54,642 nt of DNA. Origin: a virus. Taxonomy: Duplodnaviria; Caudoviricetes. The notes under the pieces were generated by a model that worked only from the letters and a program-made list of their open reading frames with translations, ran no database searches and was not told where the DNA came from. A program made the position numbers and the translations under genes. The DNA lies in IMG/VR virus record IMGVR_UViG_3300048881_000467, positions 1 through 54,642 of that record. The stretch is one strand, 5' to 3'. Below, piece by piece: positions 31,235 through 40,582 of the stretch (positions are counted from its first letter, which is position 1; every line of letters begins with the position of its first letter).

Positions 31235-31790
31235 AGAACCCCCACCATCTCGAAATGCGCTTAATTTGAACATTGGTTGTATAAGTTTCAAAGAGTGCCC
31301 TGACTCTCTCGATACTTGGATATGTTTGTAAATGCGGTCCAGAAATCGGATCATTATAGGGAACCGAACCCAAAACCGCACCACAATTCTTTTGATGTAA
31401 CTGTGCAATTATTTGTTTAGGATTTTCTAAATGCTCCAACACCTCAATGCACATGGCCAAATCGTAATCTATTTCAATGCTTGTCAAAAAAGAATGAACA
31501 TCAGCACAGAAATAATTTATCTTATTTTCATATTTTAAATTTTTATTTCTTCCAATCTTAATTCGTTCCTGTGAATAATCCACAGCATCAACCACACACT
31601 CATAATTGTCACACAAATAACGAGAAGCGCGGCCGTCGCCGCAGCCAACATCAAGGACTCGTGAACCTAAAGATAAGTCAAAATCAAAAGCGTTAAAGAC
31701 GCTGTGTGGTGGTGCGCTGTGATATGTTGGACGAGCATCATAATACTCGATAAGTTCTTGTTCTCTTTTATAACTCAATTTTATATCCAT
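31221..31790 (-). CDS. Class I SAM-dependent methyltransferase
   Basis: VLDVGCGDG, VDYS, EVLEHLENP. Confidence 0.85.
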   Translation of the reverse strand: MDIKLSYKREQELIEYYDARPTYHSAPPHSVFNAFDFDLSLGSRVLDVGCGDGRASRYLCDNYECVVDAVDYSQERIKIGRNKNLKYENKINYFCADVHSFLTSIEIDYDLAMCIEVLEHLENPKQIIAQLHQKNCGAVLGSVPYNDPISGPHLQTYPSIERVRALFETYTTNVQIKRISRWWGFYAKL

Positions 31791-32409
31791 ATTTATTTGC
31801 ACTCTCCACAATACGAGAACACAAAACATAATCCTCTCTTTGTAAATCTTTCCATGTCACTTTAGAATGTGGACGACTATTCACCGTTGTAGAATAAGAC
31901 TTCAATACTTTTATAGAATCAGGATTTAATAATTCAGACCTGTCGATTATATTAAAAAACTTTTCAAAAATGATCGAAAAATCTTCCACCCTATAACTCC
32001 AATGTGCATTTTTTTCTGCCATCACATTCCAATGATACCAATATTTCATACTTTTGTGTAGTATAGTGTCTGTCTTTTTAAGTGGAACCCATTGAGATAG
32101 CCACGCCCAACTTGGAGGGGTAAAAGTGGTGATAGAGGAGATAGCATCTAAAGGATTTCTTATTTGATGAAATATGTGCTTATAATCATAGTCTCCAAAC
32201 AGTATCCCTGGTGCGCCCCAAGGGGCCTTAGTCATATGATGCCCAGGCGTAAAATACCAATGTGATATCCCATGAACTCCATATTTCTCGTGACCAATAT
32301 CTACGCCAAGCTCCCGTAACAAAGACGATATATATTTAGTGCCTGAACGACCGCAACCAATAATCAATAAATCTTTTGTTTGCTTATTATCCAAAATATT
32401 CCTCACCAC
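31768..32409 (-). CDS. Sulfotransferase-like protein
   Basis: IIGCGRSGTKY, HE, RNPLDAISS, RVED. Confidence 0.75.
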   Translation of the reverse strand: MVRNILDNKQTKDLLIIGCGRSGTKYISSLLRELGVDIGHEKYGVHGISHWYFTPGHHMTKAPWGAPGILFGDYDYKHIFHQIRNPLDAISSITTFTPPSWAWLSQWVPLKKTDTILHKSMKYWYHWNVMAEKNAHWSYRVEDFSIIFEKFFNIIDRSELLNPDSIKVLKSYSTTVNSRPHSKVTWKDLQREDYVLCSRIVESANKYGYKIEL

Positions 32410-34069
32410 AAAAATCTATATCAACTTTATTATCCACATGGTAATAATCTAAAGGTGTAACATCACTTTCTAGAATCCCCTTCCCATAGCTGTCAAGCCA
32501 AGTTTTATCTGAATAGTTTTTATCTTTGAGTGAAAGCTCAAAAAATTTATTCATAGTGGTCCGCAACTTTTTGCGTTCCTCTGGTTTATCATTGATGGCT
32601 AAAACACTATTTTTTAGATATTTCAATTCCACCCATTTGCTGCGATTTGGTTCTGTTGGCAAAAATTCAAAATACTTTCCATTTGCTCCGGTTTGTCTAC
32701 ACGTAGTAAAATCTTTCAAGATAATGCGAGGTATTGCTACATGAGCAAAAGAATCTCCATGACCTTTTACTTTGTTATTTTTTATTTCAATGAATTCGTC
32801 TACACTATACATCCTGTGACCGACAGCAAACCTATTTTCTTGTTCAAGTTTCTTAAAGGCCTGATACATCATAATTTCGAAATTTGGACCAAATATCCAA
32901 TCGGCATCTACCGAATAAACTACAGAATTTGAACAACCATTGACAGCCACATTTCTCAAGTCAGCCATTGTAAAATTTTTACTAAAGTCTCGTGCCTCAT
33001 GTGTCATAATCAATTTCTTATGAACGCTAGCGAGTTGGGTTTTCATTTTTTCTAAAATTTCCGAAGTGTTGTCATTACTTCGATGATCAACAACATGTAT
33101 TTCATCTAATCCATCAAGGCCTAGGCACGATCTTAAGAATCTTTCTAACCTATATCCCTCATTATATGAGGGACAAGCAAAACTATATTTATTTTCTACA
33201 AAATAGTCAGAAACAATATCACCAATAGTTTGACTCACAACTTTCCAAAAATTAGATTTTTGTTTCTTCAGGTAAGACAATATAGTTTCTCTATCAGTAA
33301 ACCATGTTTCGTTCTGGTGTTGGACGTTATCGTTAATATATAATTGGCACCCTAGTAACTTAGCCTCAATCACAATCCTGGGACAAGTGTCTCCGCCATT
33401 AGGCATCATCACAAGCCCACTAAGGGTGGACATTTTTTTTAATAGATCAACATAAGCAAGACTTTGAATCAGTTCATATTCTAAATTATTTTTTTCCGCA
33501 AAATCTATAGAATTTTGAACCCCCTTTACCCATTGAGGAGAGGCTACAATCCCAACCTTTTCCGACTTTTGGGAAGATTCAAAATTATCAAAAAGTTCTA
33601 AGGTTTTGTCATCGAAAACTGAACTCAATATAAAACTAAACTTCTTTTCTAGAAAAGGGAATTTATCAATCCAAATTTGTTTTTGAGCTTCGCTCATCCA
33701 CCACATAGACTTCGCACTATGATAAAACAAAGAATATAGTTTTCCACGCCTAGAATTTTCGCAATCACACTCTTTTTGTTCGTGATGGAGGTGTCGTTCG
33801 GGAAGTCTATAAGAGCAAAATTTATAATCACATTCTATCGCAGAATAGTTTAAATTTTTGGCAATATAAAATAATAGCGACTCCTGTAAAAGTGCCGTGT
33901 TACCAAAAATCCAAAATTTCTCTTTATTGTCGTCAATAAAATTTTTAGTCAATTGTTGCGAATGAACTCTTTCAAACGGAAAAGGGCATTTTTCAATTAA
34001 AGCTTCAAGAGTTAGTTCTGCACCCCCAACATAATCTGACGCAAATAAATCCGCTACAAAAACTATCAT
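32387..34069 (-). CDS. Bifunctional glycosyltransferase (GT-B-like + GT2)
   Basis: GGAE and DTCPRIVIEAKLLGC; PSYNE, VVDHRSND, DADW. Confidence 0.75.
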   Translation of the reverse strand: MIVFVADLFASDYVGGAELTLEALIEKCPFPFERVHSQQLTKNFIDDNKEKFWIFGNTALLQESLLFYIAKNLNYSAIECDYKFCSYRLPERHLHHEQKECDCENSRRGKLYSLFYHSAKSMWWMSEAQKQIWIDKFPFLEKKFSFILSSVFDDKTLELFDNFESSQKSEKVGIVASPQWVKGVQNSIDFAEKNNLEYELIQSLAYVDLLKKMSTLSGLVMMPNGGDTCPRIVIEAKLLGCQLYINDNVQHQNETWFTDRETILSYLKKQKSNFWKVVSQTIGDIVSDYFVENKYSFACPSYNEGYRLERFLRSCLGLDGLDEIHVVDHRSNDNTSEILEKMKTQLASVHKKLIMTHEARDFSKNFTMADLRNVAVNGCSNSVVYSVDADWIFGPNFEIMMYQAFKKLEQENRFAVGHRMYSVDEFIEIKNNKVKGHGDSFAHVAIPRIILKDFTTCRQTGANGKYFEFLPTEPNRSKWVELKYLKNSVLAINDKPEERKKLRTTMNKFFELSLKDKNYSDKTWLDSYGKGILESDVTPLDYYHVDNKVDIDFCGEEYFG

Positions 34070-35364
34070 CCCACAGCTTTTTCAACTCTTTCAGATTGAA
34101 TATCACTAATCCAATTATCTATATCTTCATCCTCGACTGAGGGAACCATATTCTTAATTACATATTGTTCAAGACTCTGGCTAAACTTTTCATATTGAAT
34201 TTCATCCGAAAACGCAGAGCATGTATGTTTTTGCAATTTCTTCGCCATAGACTTAGGGCTACCATAAGATTTAACCACGCTACGCAAAGATTTTTTATAG
34301 GCCCACTCTTTCACAAAACACCATTGAGAATCAGCTTGAATAACTCCTTCCCAGTGAGCTTCCTTTTGAACCTGTTTTAAATCATAAGCCACCGTTGTAA
34401 ACAGGGGAGTCTTTTTTATTTTACCTTTTTTATCTTTTATTGGCATATAAAGAAAATCACATGGACCGCCCCACGCTGGAGAAACTACAGGAAGCGCATT
34501 ATAAGCCGCTTCGAACATCGGCAATCCAAAGCCCTCGCCATGGCCAACGTTGACCAATGCTTTAATTTTAGAGTGTTGATATAATCCTGTCATTTCCGAT
34601 TCGTTTAGATCTCCATGAAGCAGGTAAACATTACACTTTCGACCGTCGTAGTCATTGAGTAAATCCTTTAAACGCATATGAGAAATCTCTCGATCTCGTA
34701 ACGAATTTTTAGCTAAAGAAGTTTTTACTACCAAACCGATTTCTTGATCATAGAATTCTTCTACAAACCACTTGATCGTGTTTTCTAAATTTTTTCTTGG
34801 AATCCAAGTGCCAACCGTAAGAAAATTAAAATCATCTTTAAGTCCGAGGGCGATTTCGGTGGGCTCTATATCTTTTACTGGATACCCAACCACATCAATA
34901 GGACACGCAACTTTAGCTACAAAATCTTGTCCCGTTTCTGGATGTTTGGCGGTATATTCAGTATTCTCAAAACCAAACTTGGCGTGTTCAGATACAACAA
35001 TAATCTTATCCATGAAAGATGATTTTTCAACCCATATAGGAGCAATCTTAGTTGTTTCGATACCCGCAGTTACACCAATATTTACAGGAGCTATCTTTTC
35101 CCATTCGTTTGGGATAGTAACTTGCAAGGATAAATCAAATTGTCCGCCAGCTTGACCGTATTGAATTGTTTTCTGAAGAAGAAAATCAATCCATTCCCTT
35201 TCTTCGTTCTGTTCCCAAATCCATCCGGTTTGACCCCAATTTGTTGTAACCAAATAAATATCAAATAAGTCTGGACGAGACTTTAATGCACGTAAAACAA
35301 AACGAGTGTGTTCACCATATCCGCTTTGACTTAAAGCTGGGCCTCTTATTAATACTTTTTTCAT
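34066..35364 (-). CDS. Glycosyltransferase family 4
   Basis: SGYG, RKN, GEGFGLPMFEA. Confidence 0.85.
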   Translation of the reverse strand: MKKVLIRGPALSQSGYGEHTRFVLRALKSRPDLFDIYLVTTNWGQTGWIWEQNEEREWIDFLLQKTIQYGQAGGQFDLSLQVTIPNEWEKIAPVNIGVTAGIETTKIAPIWVEKSSFMDKIIVVSEHAKFGFENTEYTAKHPETGQDFVAKVACPIDVVGYPVKDIEPTEIALGLKDDFNFLTVGTWIPRKNLENTIKWFVEEFYDQEIGLVVKTSLAKNSLRDREISHMRLKDLLNDYDGRKCNVYLLHGDLNESEMTGLYQHSKIKALVNVGHGEGFGLPMFEAAYNALPVVSPAWGGPCDFLYMPIKDKKGKIKKTPLFTTVAYDLKQVQKEAHWEGVIQADSQWCFVKEWAYKKSLRSVVKSYGSPKSMAKKLQKHTCSAFSDEIQYEKFSQSLEQYVIKNMVPSVEDEDIDNWISDIQSERVEKAVG

Positions 35365-36704
35365 ATTGCTCTCAATTCCCATCCTTTATAATTTTTGCGC
35401 GTGTTCCATGAACCGTGTTTTTCATAAGTGTCAGTAATAATCTTTTCCCACGTCTTCGCGAAGCTTTCGAAATTATAATTCTTTTCTACATGCTCGCGAC
35501 CAGTGTTGCCCAGTTCCTTACGTTTCTCTTTTCCAAATTCATACATCATCATCAGACCATCAACGACTTGCTTTTCTTGAAGTCTGTCTTCATAAATAAA
35601 TGGTACTTGCTGAGATCCAATAATCGCTTTCGAAGATGGTTCTAGGCCGATGCCATGTTCATATTCAGTTACACTTTTATTTTTCTTATTTCTAGCAAGC
35701 ATTTTATCCTGAGTTATGTTCTCTATAAATGTAACTTGTTCTTGTAGACCTCCCGTCATAGTTGTAATAATAGGAGTGCCACACGCTAGGGATTCAAACG
35801 TAGCCAATCCGAATCCTTCAGCATCGGCAATATTTATCGTACAATCAGCAGCATTATAAATAGCTACCAACGCATCGGGTGGAATTTTAGTTTCTGAAAT
35901 CAAAACCTCCTTATTATTCAAACCAAGTTCACTAATGATAGCAAACAAATCTTGACCATTTGGATCATGGGCCGTTGTATGCATCAAAAGAGTGGCGTTT
36001 ACTCCTTTGTGTTTTTTTTGTAATTTTTTTCTGAAGGTATCAAACCAGTAGATTAGCGAACCACTTTGTTTTCGTCTTGCGTTGCGATTATTCCAAAATA
36101 TTAACATATGGCTATCATCTTCAATTCCAAAATGTTGTTTACGAAAATTTCTTATTTGCAAATCATCTTGGGGCTTAAAAAGATCACTGGGAGTTGCATG
36201 AGGAACATAATGTTCTTCAACGGTTGGTGCAACGGTTTTTACAATGTCTGAGGTAACTTTCGATATAGTAGCAATCACATCAGTGGACTCATACCATACT
36301 TTATTAAAATTAGGATACGGATAATTATCCCACACATGATAGTATACCATTGGAACCAATGAGCGTACTTCGTTTTCTATTTCCCAAAGCCAAGGAAAAA
36401 ATCTAGGGTCAGTCATAAACCATAAAACATCCGGCTTGTGGGATCTCAGCACAGAACGAATTATTTCAGCATTTCCATAACCATCAATAGGATACATAAC
36501 CCAGTCGTCTTTAAATTCTTCAGTTTTTTGGGGTTCATAGTTTTGGTGCTTCATGGCACCACACAAACTTACAAATTGAAACTTCCCTGTTTTGAGAAGC
36601 TCGATTATAAAATATTTTGTTTGGGTTCCAACCCCAGAGGGGGAAAGGGGGTGATCAGAAATAGTTAAAATTTTGATTTTCTTCTGCGGCGTACTTTCTT
36701 CCAT
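35361..36704 (-). CDS. Glycosyltransferase family 4
   Basis: SDHP..PSGVG, NRNARRK, EGFGLATFESLACG; AAGGAG RBS. Confidence 0.85.
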   Translation of the reverse strand: MEESTPQKKIKILTISDHPLSPSGVGTQTKYFIIELLKTGKFQFVSLCGAMKHQNYEPQKTEEFKDDWVMYPIDGYGNAEIIRSVLRSHKPDVLWFMTDPRFFPWLWEIENEVRSLVPMVYYHVWDNYPYPNFNKVWYESTDVIATISKVTSDIVKTVAPTVEEHYVPHATPSDLFKPQDDLQIRNFRKQHFGIEDDSHMLIFWNNRNARRKQSGSLIYWFDTFRKKLQKKHKGVNATLLMHTTAHDPNGQDLFAIISELGLNNKEVLISETKIPPDALVAIYNAADCTINIADAEGFGLATFESLACGTPIITTMTGGLQEQVTFIENITQDKMLARNKKNKSVTEYEHGIGLEPSSKAIIGSQQVPFIYEDRLQEKQVVDGLMMMYEFGKEKRKELGNTGREHVEKNYNFESFAKTWEKIITDTYEKHGSWNTRKNYKGWELRAI

Positions 36705-36712
36705 TAATCTCC

Positions 36713-37480
36713 TTATGGACACCATTCCGTTTTATAAAATTCGCACTTATTACAACTTAAGCGATTCTTGGGATGGTTCTTATTATGGATATTATACACA
36801 GCTTTGTTTAAAACTTTAAGAGAATTATTAGTTTTTTTTGGTCCGCTTGAAACACGAAAGATTTCCACACGGTTTTTCTTAGCCGTTCTTTTGAGAAGAC
36901 CAAAATATGTTTCTGCCATTTGGGGGTCTATATTGTGCTTGGAACAAAAAAAGTTTTTATAATATGTAAGCTGATAAGTCACCATCTTATCAGTCTTTCT
37001 TCTTATGTCCCAACCCCATGAACATGATTTCCAATCAATGATATGATATTTACCATCGGGAGTTTGAATAACTAAATCCAAAAAACCTTTAAAATCATAA
37101 TCCATTTCAATGTCTTCTACTTTTTCAAATATTTCTTCTTCTGCTGAGATTACTTTATACCCAGGGAATTTAACTTCAAGAGATTCTAGAATTAATGCGG
37201 CCAACTCAATTCCCTGTGGCTTCATATCTTCCATCATCTTTCTTTCTTTATCAGTCTCTATCGTTATTTTGCTAATTTCTTCAACAAAGGCTTCTGAAAA
37301 GACTTTCTTATGATCAATATCTTCTTTGAGTAATAGTTTTTCGCAAGCTGTATGCAAGGCTGATCCAAATGCAGTATAAACATTTCCCTTAAACAACTTC
37401 ACCCTATCAAGATAAGTTAATTTATGATAATACGGGCAAAAATCCCAATTTTTTAAAGCACTAAAAGAAATATGTGGCAT
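36713..37480 (-). CDS. PD-(D/E)XK nuclease, Cas4/AddB-like
   Basis: FGSALH, KGFLDL, IIDWKS, QLTYY; one N-terminal plus three C-terminal Cys. Confidence 0.85.
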   Translation of the reverse strand: MPHISFSALKNWDFCPYYHKLTYLDRVKLFKGNVYTAFGSALHTACEKLLLKEDIDHKKVFSEAFVEEISKITIETDKERKMMEDMKPQGIELAALILESLEVKFPGYKVISAEEEIFEKVEDIEMDYDFKGFLDLVIQTPDGKYHIIDWKSCSWGWDIRRKTDKMVTYQLTYYKNFFCSKHNIDPQMAETYFGLLKRTAKKNRVEIFRVSSGPKKTNNSLKVLNKAVYNIHNKNHPKNRLSCNKCEFYKTEWCP

Positions 37481-37501
37481 CTGGTGGTTCCTCTAGTGAA
37501 G

Positions 37502-37529
37502 ATCATAGCACATATTCTTCCAAAGTCAA
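37502..37529 (-). promoter_or_regulatory. Sigma70-type promoter upstream of nuclease and glycan island
   Basis: TTGACT-16-TATGAT with TGn extension, intergenic. Confidence 0.6.
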
Positions 37530-37535
37530 GAACTT

Positions 37536-38228
37536 TTATGTTAATTCGTTATAAAGATTATTAATTTTCTTGTAAAGCACTGGATTCGTATTCTTTAATA
37601 ATCCTTGATCACCAAGTAAGTATTCTTCTACGCCATTTGCAAAATACTCACGAATTGAAGTTATAGAATAAGGAGATATGAAAAGATTTGGAATTATTAA
37701 CGATAATTTATCATAACCGATCTCATTGTAAAGTAAATTATCTAATTCATCAACCAGTCGCGGCTCAAAAAGAATATCTTTTGCAAAATGATAACCAGCA
37801 TGACTCAATAAAGAAAATAATTTTTGTTTCTTGCCATTAAATTCATTTTCTATTTTTCCATCAGCATAAATTTCATAACCGGCCGAGTCTTCAAGGGCAT
37901 GAGCAAGTTCGTGGCAAATATCCCGAGTAATTAATTCTTCAGAAGCAAAATTCATATCTTTAAAAGATGATAAATAAATTACACCATCTTTGAACATAGC
38001 TTGAATGTTACGTTCTTTTAGTTCTTCAAAATCTCCCACATATATTCCTTCTATCAAATTTAATATTTGAAAAGGAATGTTTTTTTCTAGTTCCTTAATG
38101 ATTTTATTTAAATCAATAGAAGGTGGAAGTTTATCTAATATATAAACAGGCACATTACCAGACAGCATGTAAAATTCTTGTCTGTTCTTTAATATGTTAG
38201 AAGAACTGTTTTGTATGTAATCTTTCAT
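37536..38228 (-). CDS. Zinc metallopeptidase-like protein
   Basis: HELAH with downstream Y...REYFA. Confidence 0.65.
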   Translation of the reverse strand: MKDYIQNSSSNILKNRQEFYMLSGNVPVYILDKLPPSIDLNKIIKELEKNIPFQILNLIEGIYVGDFEELKERNIQAMFKDGVIYLSSFKDMNFASEELITRDICHELAHALEDSAGYEIYADGKIENEFNGKKQKLFSLLSHAGYHFAKDILFEPRLVDELDNLLYNEIGYDKLSLIIPNLFISPYSITSIREYFANGVEEYLLGDQGLLKNTNPVLYKKINNLYNELT

Positions 38229-38249
38229 CTAATTAAATAATGTATTTAA

Positions 38250-38278
38250 ATCATATCATTAAATTCAACACCTGTCAA
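38250..38278 (-). promoter_or_regulatory. Sigma70-type promoter
   Basis: TTGACA-17-TATGAT, intergenic. Confidence 0.7.
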
Positions 38279-38286
38279 ATTAAAAG

Positions 38287-39609
38287 TTATAGAGTCTTTG
38301 CACATAATGTGGCCACCTTGCTTCTTTCCCCTTTGATAAAAGTTATATGTCCTGTTATGTCATGGGGCTTTAGTTTTTCAATCACATAAGTTAAGCCATT
38401 TGAAGTTTCATCAATGTTGACATTATCTATCTGTTCGATGTCACCTGTCAAGATAATTTTAGTGCCTTCTCCAACTCTAGTAAGAATGGTTTTAATTTCA
38501 TGGCGCGATAAATTCTGACATTCATCAATTACAATAAAAGCTTTTTGTATTGAGCGGCCGCGAATATATGTTAGAGCTTCTAACTCAATAATTTTTTTAT
38601 TCATGTATTCACTAAGCATTAAGCTGTCGTCACCAAATAGAAACCTTAAATTATCTTGAATGGGTGCTAGCCAAGGTGTCATTTTTTCTTCCATAGTTCC
38701 TGGTAAATATCCTAAATCTTTTCCCATAGGCATGACAGGTCGAGAAACAATTAGCCGATTATATAATGGACTTGGACCCATGACTTGCTGAAGTCCTGCC
38801 GCGATTGCACACAATGTCTTTCCGCTTCCTGCTTTTCCAATTAAAGAAACAACGGGCACTTCAGGATCTAAAAGCAAATCTAGAGCAAAATTTTGTTCTT
38901 TATTTTTTGGTGAAATTCCCCACATATCTTCTTCTTTTCTCTCAGGAATTTTCTTAAATTCTATATTCTTATTTATAAATCTTGCAATAGCTGTCTTTTT
39001 TTCGTTAGAAGACGATACTAGCATTATAAATTGATTTGGGTACAGAATCTTGTTATAATCAATATCATCTAAGAATATTTTTTCACCAGAATAAAATCTA
39101 TCAATACACTGATCGTCAACCAGGATTTTTTTAAATCCGCTGTAAAGTTCGTGTTGTGCTTCTATAACTTGTTCAGTTTTATAACTATCCGCGGCCACTC
39201 CAATAGCATCACATTTGATTCTTAAGTTAATGTCATTTGAGACAACCACAACTTTTCGAGTAGGGTATGTTTTTTGTGCGGTTATCGCAGTTGCTATTAT
39301 TTGATGATCGGCTATGATGGGGTCATAACCTTCTGGTAATTCATTTAAGTTTGGAGACATTGTAGAAATTAGTCCCGCGCCTTTTCTAATCCTTATTCCT
39401 TTTTGAAAACTTCCACTGGTGCGTAATTCATCCAGTATTCTAATGATGCCCCTGGCATTGGCCCCAACTCCGTTGGGTCGCTTTTTACACCTATCCAACT
39501 CCTCTAATACAATAAGAGGGATTATGATGTTGTTATTTCCGTAAGAATAGATTGCACGATAATCTGTTAAATATACACTTGTATCTAACACATAATACTT
39601 TTTTGTCAT
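38287..39609 (-). CDS. phoH: PIN-PhoH (PhoH2-like) protein
   Basis: YVLDTSV...EELD...D...SNDINLR (PIN); GKAGSGKT, LGYLPG, RGRS, DECQN, GDIEQID. Confidence 0.92.
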   Translation of the reverse strand: MTKKYYVLDTSVYLTDYRAIYSYGNNNIIIPLIVLEELDRCKKRPNGVGANARGIIRILDELRTSGSFQKGIRIRKGAGLISTMSPNLNELPEGYDPIIADHQIIATAITAQKTYPTRKVVVVSNDINLRIKCDAIGVAADSYKTEQVIEAQHELYSGFKKILVDDQCIDRFYSGEKIFLDDIDYNKILYPNQFIMLVSSSNEKKTAIARFINKNIEFKKIPERKEEDMWGISPKNKEQNFALDLLLDPEVPVVSLIGKAGSGKTLCAIAAGLQQVMGPSPLYNRLIVSRPVMPMGKDLGYLPGTMEEKMTPWLAPIQDNLRFLFGDDSLMLSEYMNKKIIELEALTYIRGRSIQKAFIVIDECQNLSRHEIKTILTRVGEGTKIILTGDIEQIDNVNIDETSNGLTYVIEKLKPHDITGHITFIKGERSKVATLCAKTL

Positions 39610-39714
39610 AAATTGTTTCCATATTTTTTAATTTGGCACTGTGCCACATACTAAATAGCGGGGTCGTTTGGGAATTTTCTTTATAGTTATTTTGTATAGG
39701 AAAATAAATTAAGA

Positions 39715-40575
39715 TTGAAAAATGCGGTCGCAAAATTAGTTTTATTTATAATGATGTTTATCACATTTGTGGGCTGTTCATCATGTGTTCATGGATCTTA
39801 CCTCTTTGGAACCGGCGACCTTTTACGAGACAAACGTAGATCATTTTTAAAAATAGATATCTATAAAAACATACAAATTACCAAAACATCGACGGTCCCA
39901 AACCAAGCCTATCTTGAAGAATATGAAATTGACTTGAGATCATCGGCTTCGGGATTTATTATAGGACATGACAGAGATATAACCCTGGTGGCAACGTCGG
40001 CCCATGTTTGCACTATGCGTTTTGGAAATCAAATAAAATATTTTATCCCTGATTATTCTCCGTTTGATCCTGAGTGGAAATTCAAAGAAAGAAGTTCATT
40101 TATTTTAAATGATTATAAAGGAAGGATTCATTCGGCGCTTCCAATAGAGTTCGATCTTGCAGCAGATATTTGTATTTTAGGCTCGTCCAAAATTTCACTA
40201 CCTGCTTTCACTCTCTCCAAGAACCCCCCGCTTATTGGTGAAAAATATTATAATATTGCTGCACCAATGGGGCTATGGTCCACTAAAATGATTCCTATGT
40301 TTGAGGGTCGTTATCTTGGAACTTTGAAATTGCGGCCGAACCGTAAAAGAGCACATGTGTTTTCTATTCCAACTAAAGGTGGTTCTTCTGGTTCACCCAT
40401 TATTAATAGTTATGGTGAAGTAGTAGGAGCAACACATTCAGCTTATAGAGGTTTCGAAAATCTCTGTATGGCTACCACACAGACGGATATATTCTTAACT
40501 TATCGTAAAGCCATGAGAAAACTTCTAAAAGATTACGAAAAATATAAACTTATTATAGATTTAATCAACATATAG
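39715..40575 (+). CDS. Trypsin-like serine protease, probably exported or lipoprotein
   Basis: SAHVC, DIC, GGSSGSP triad motifs; hydrophobic leader ending FVGC. Confidence 0.85.
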   Translation: MKNAVAKLVLFIMMFITFVGCSSCVHGSYLFGTGDLLRDKRRSFLKIDIYKNIQITKTSTVPNQAYLEEYEIDLRSSASGFIIGHDRDITLVATSAHVCTMRFGNQIKYFIPDYSPFDPEWKFKERSSFILNDYKGRIHSALPIEFDLAADICILGSSKISLPAFTLSKNPPLIGEKYYNIAAPMGLWSTKMIPMFEGRYLGTLKLRPNRKRAHVFSIPTKGGSSGSPIINSYGEVVGATHSAYRGFENLCMATTQTDIFLTYRKAMRKLLKDYEKYKLIIDLINI

Positions 40576-40582
40576 AATAAAA

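Noticed and set aside
36713-37480. Cas4 of a CRISPR-Cas system
   Set aside because: Solo Cas4-like nucleases are common in phages; no cas1/cas2 or array nearby.
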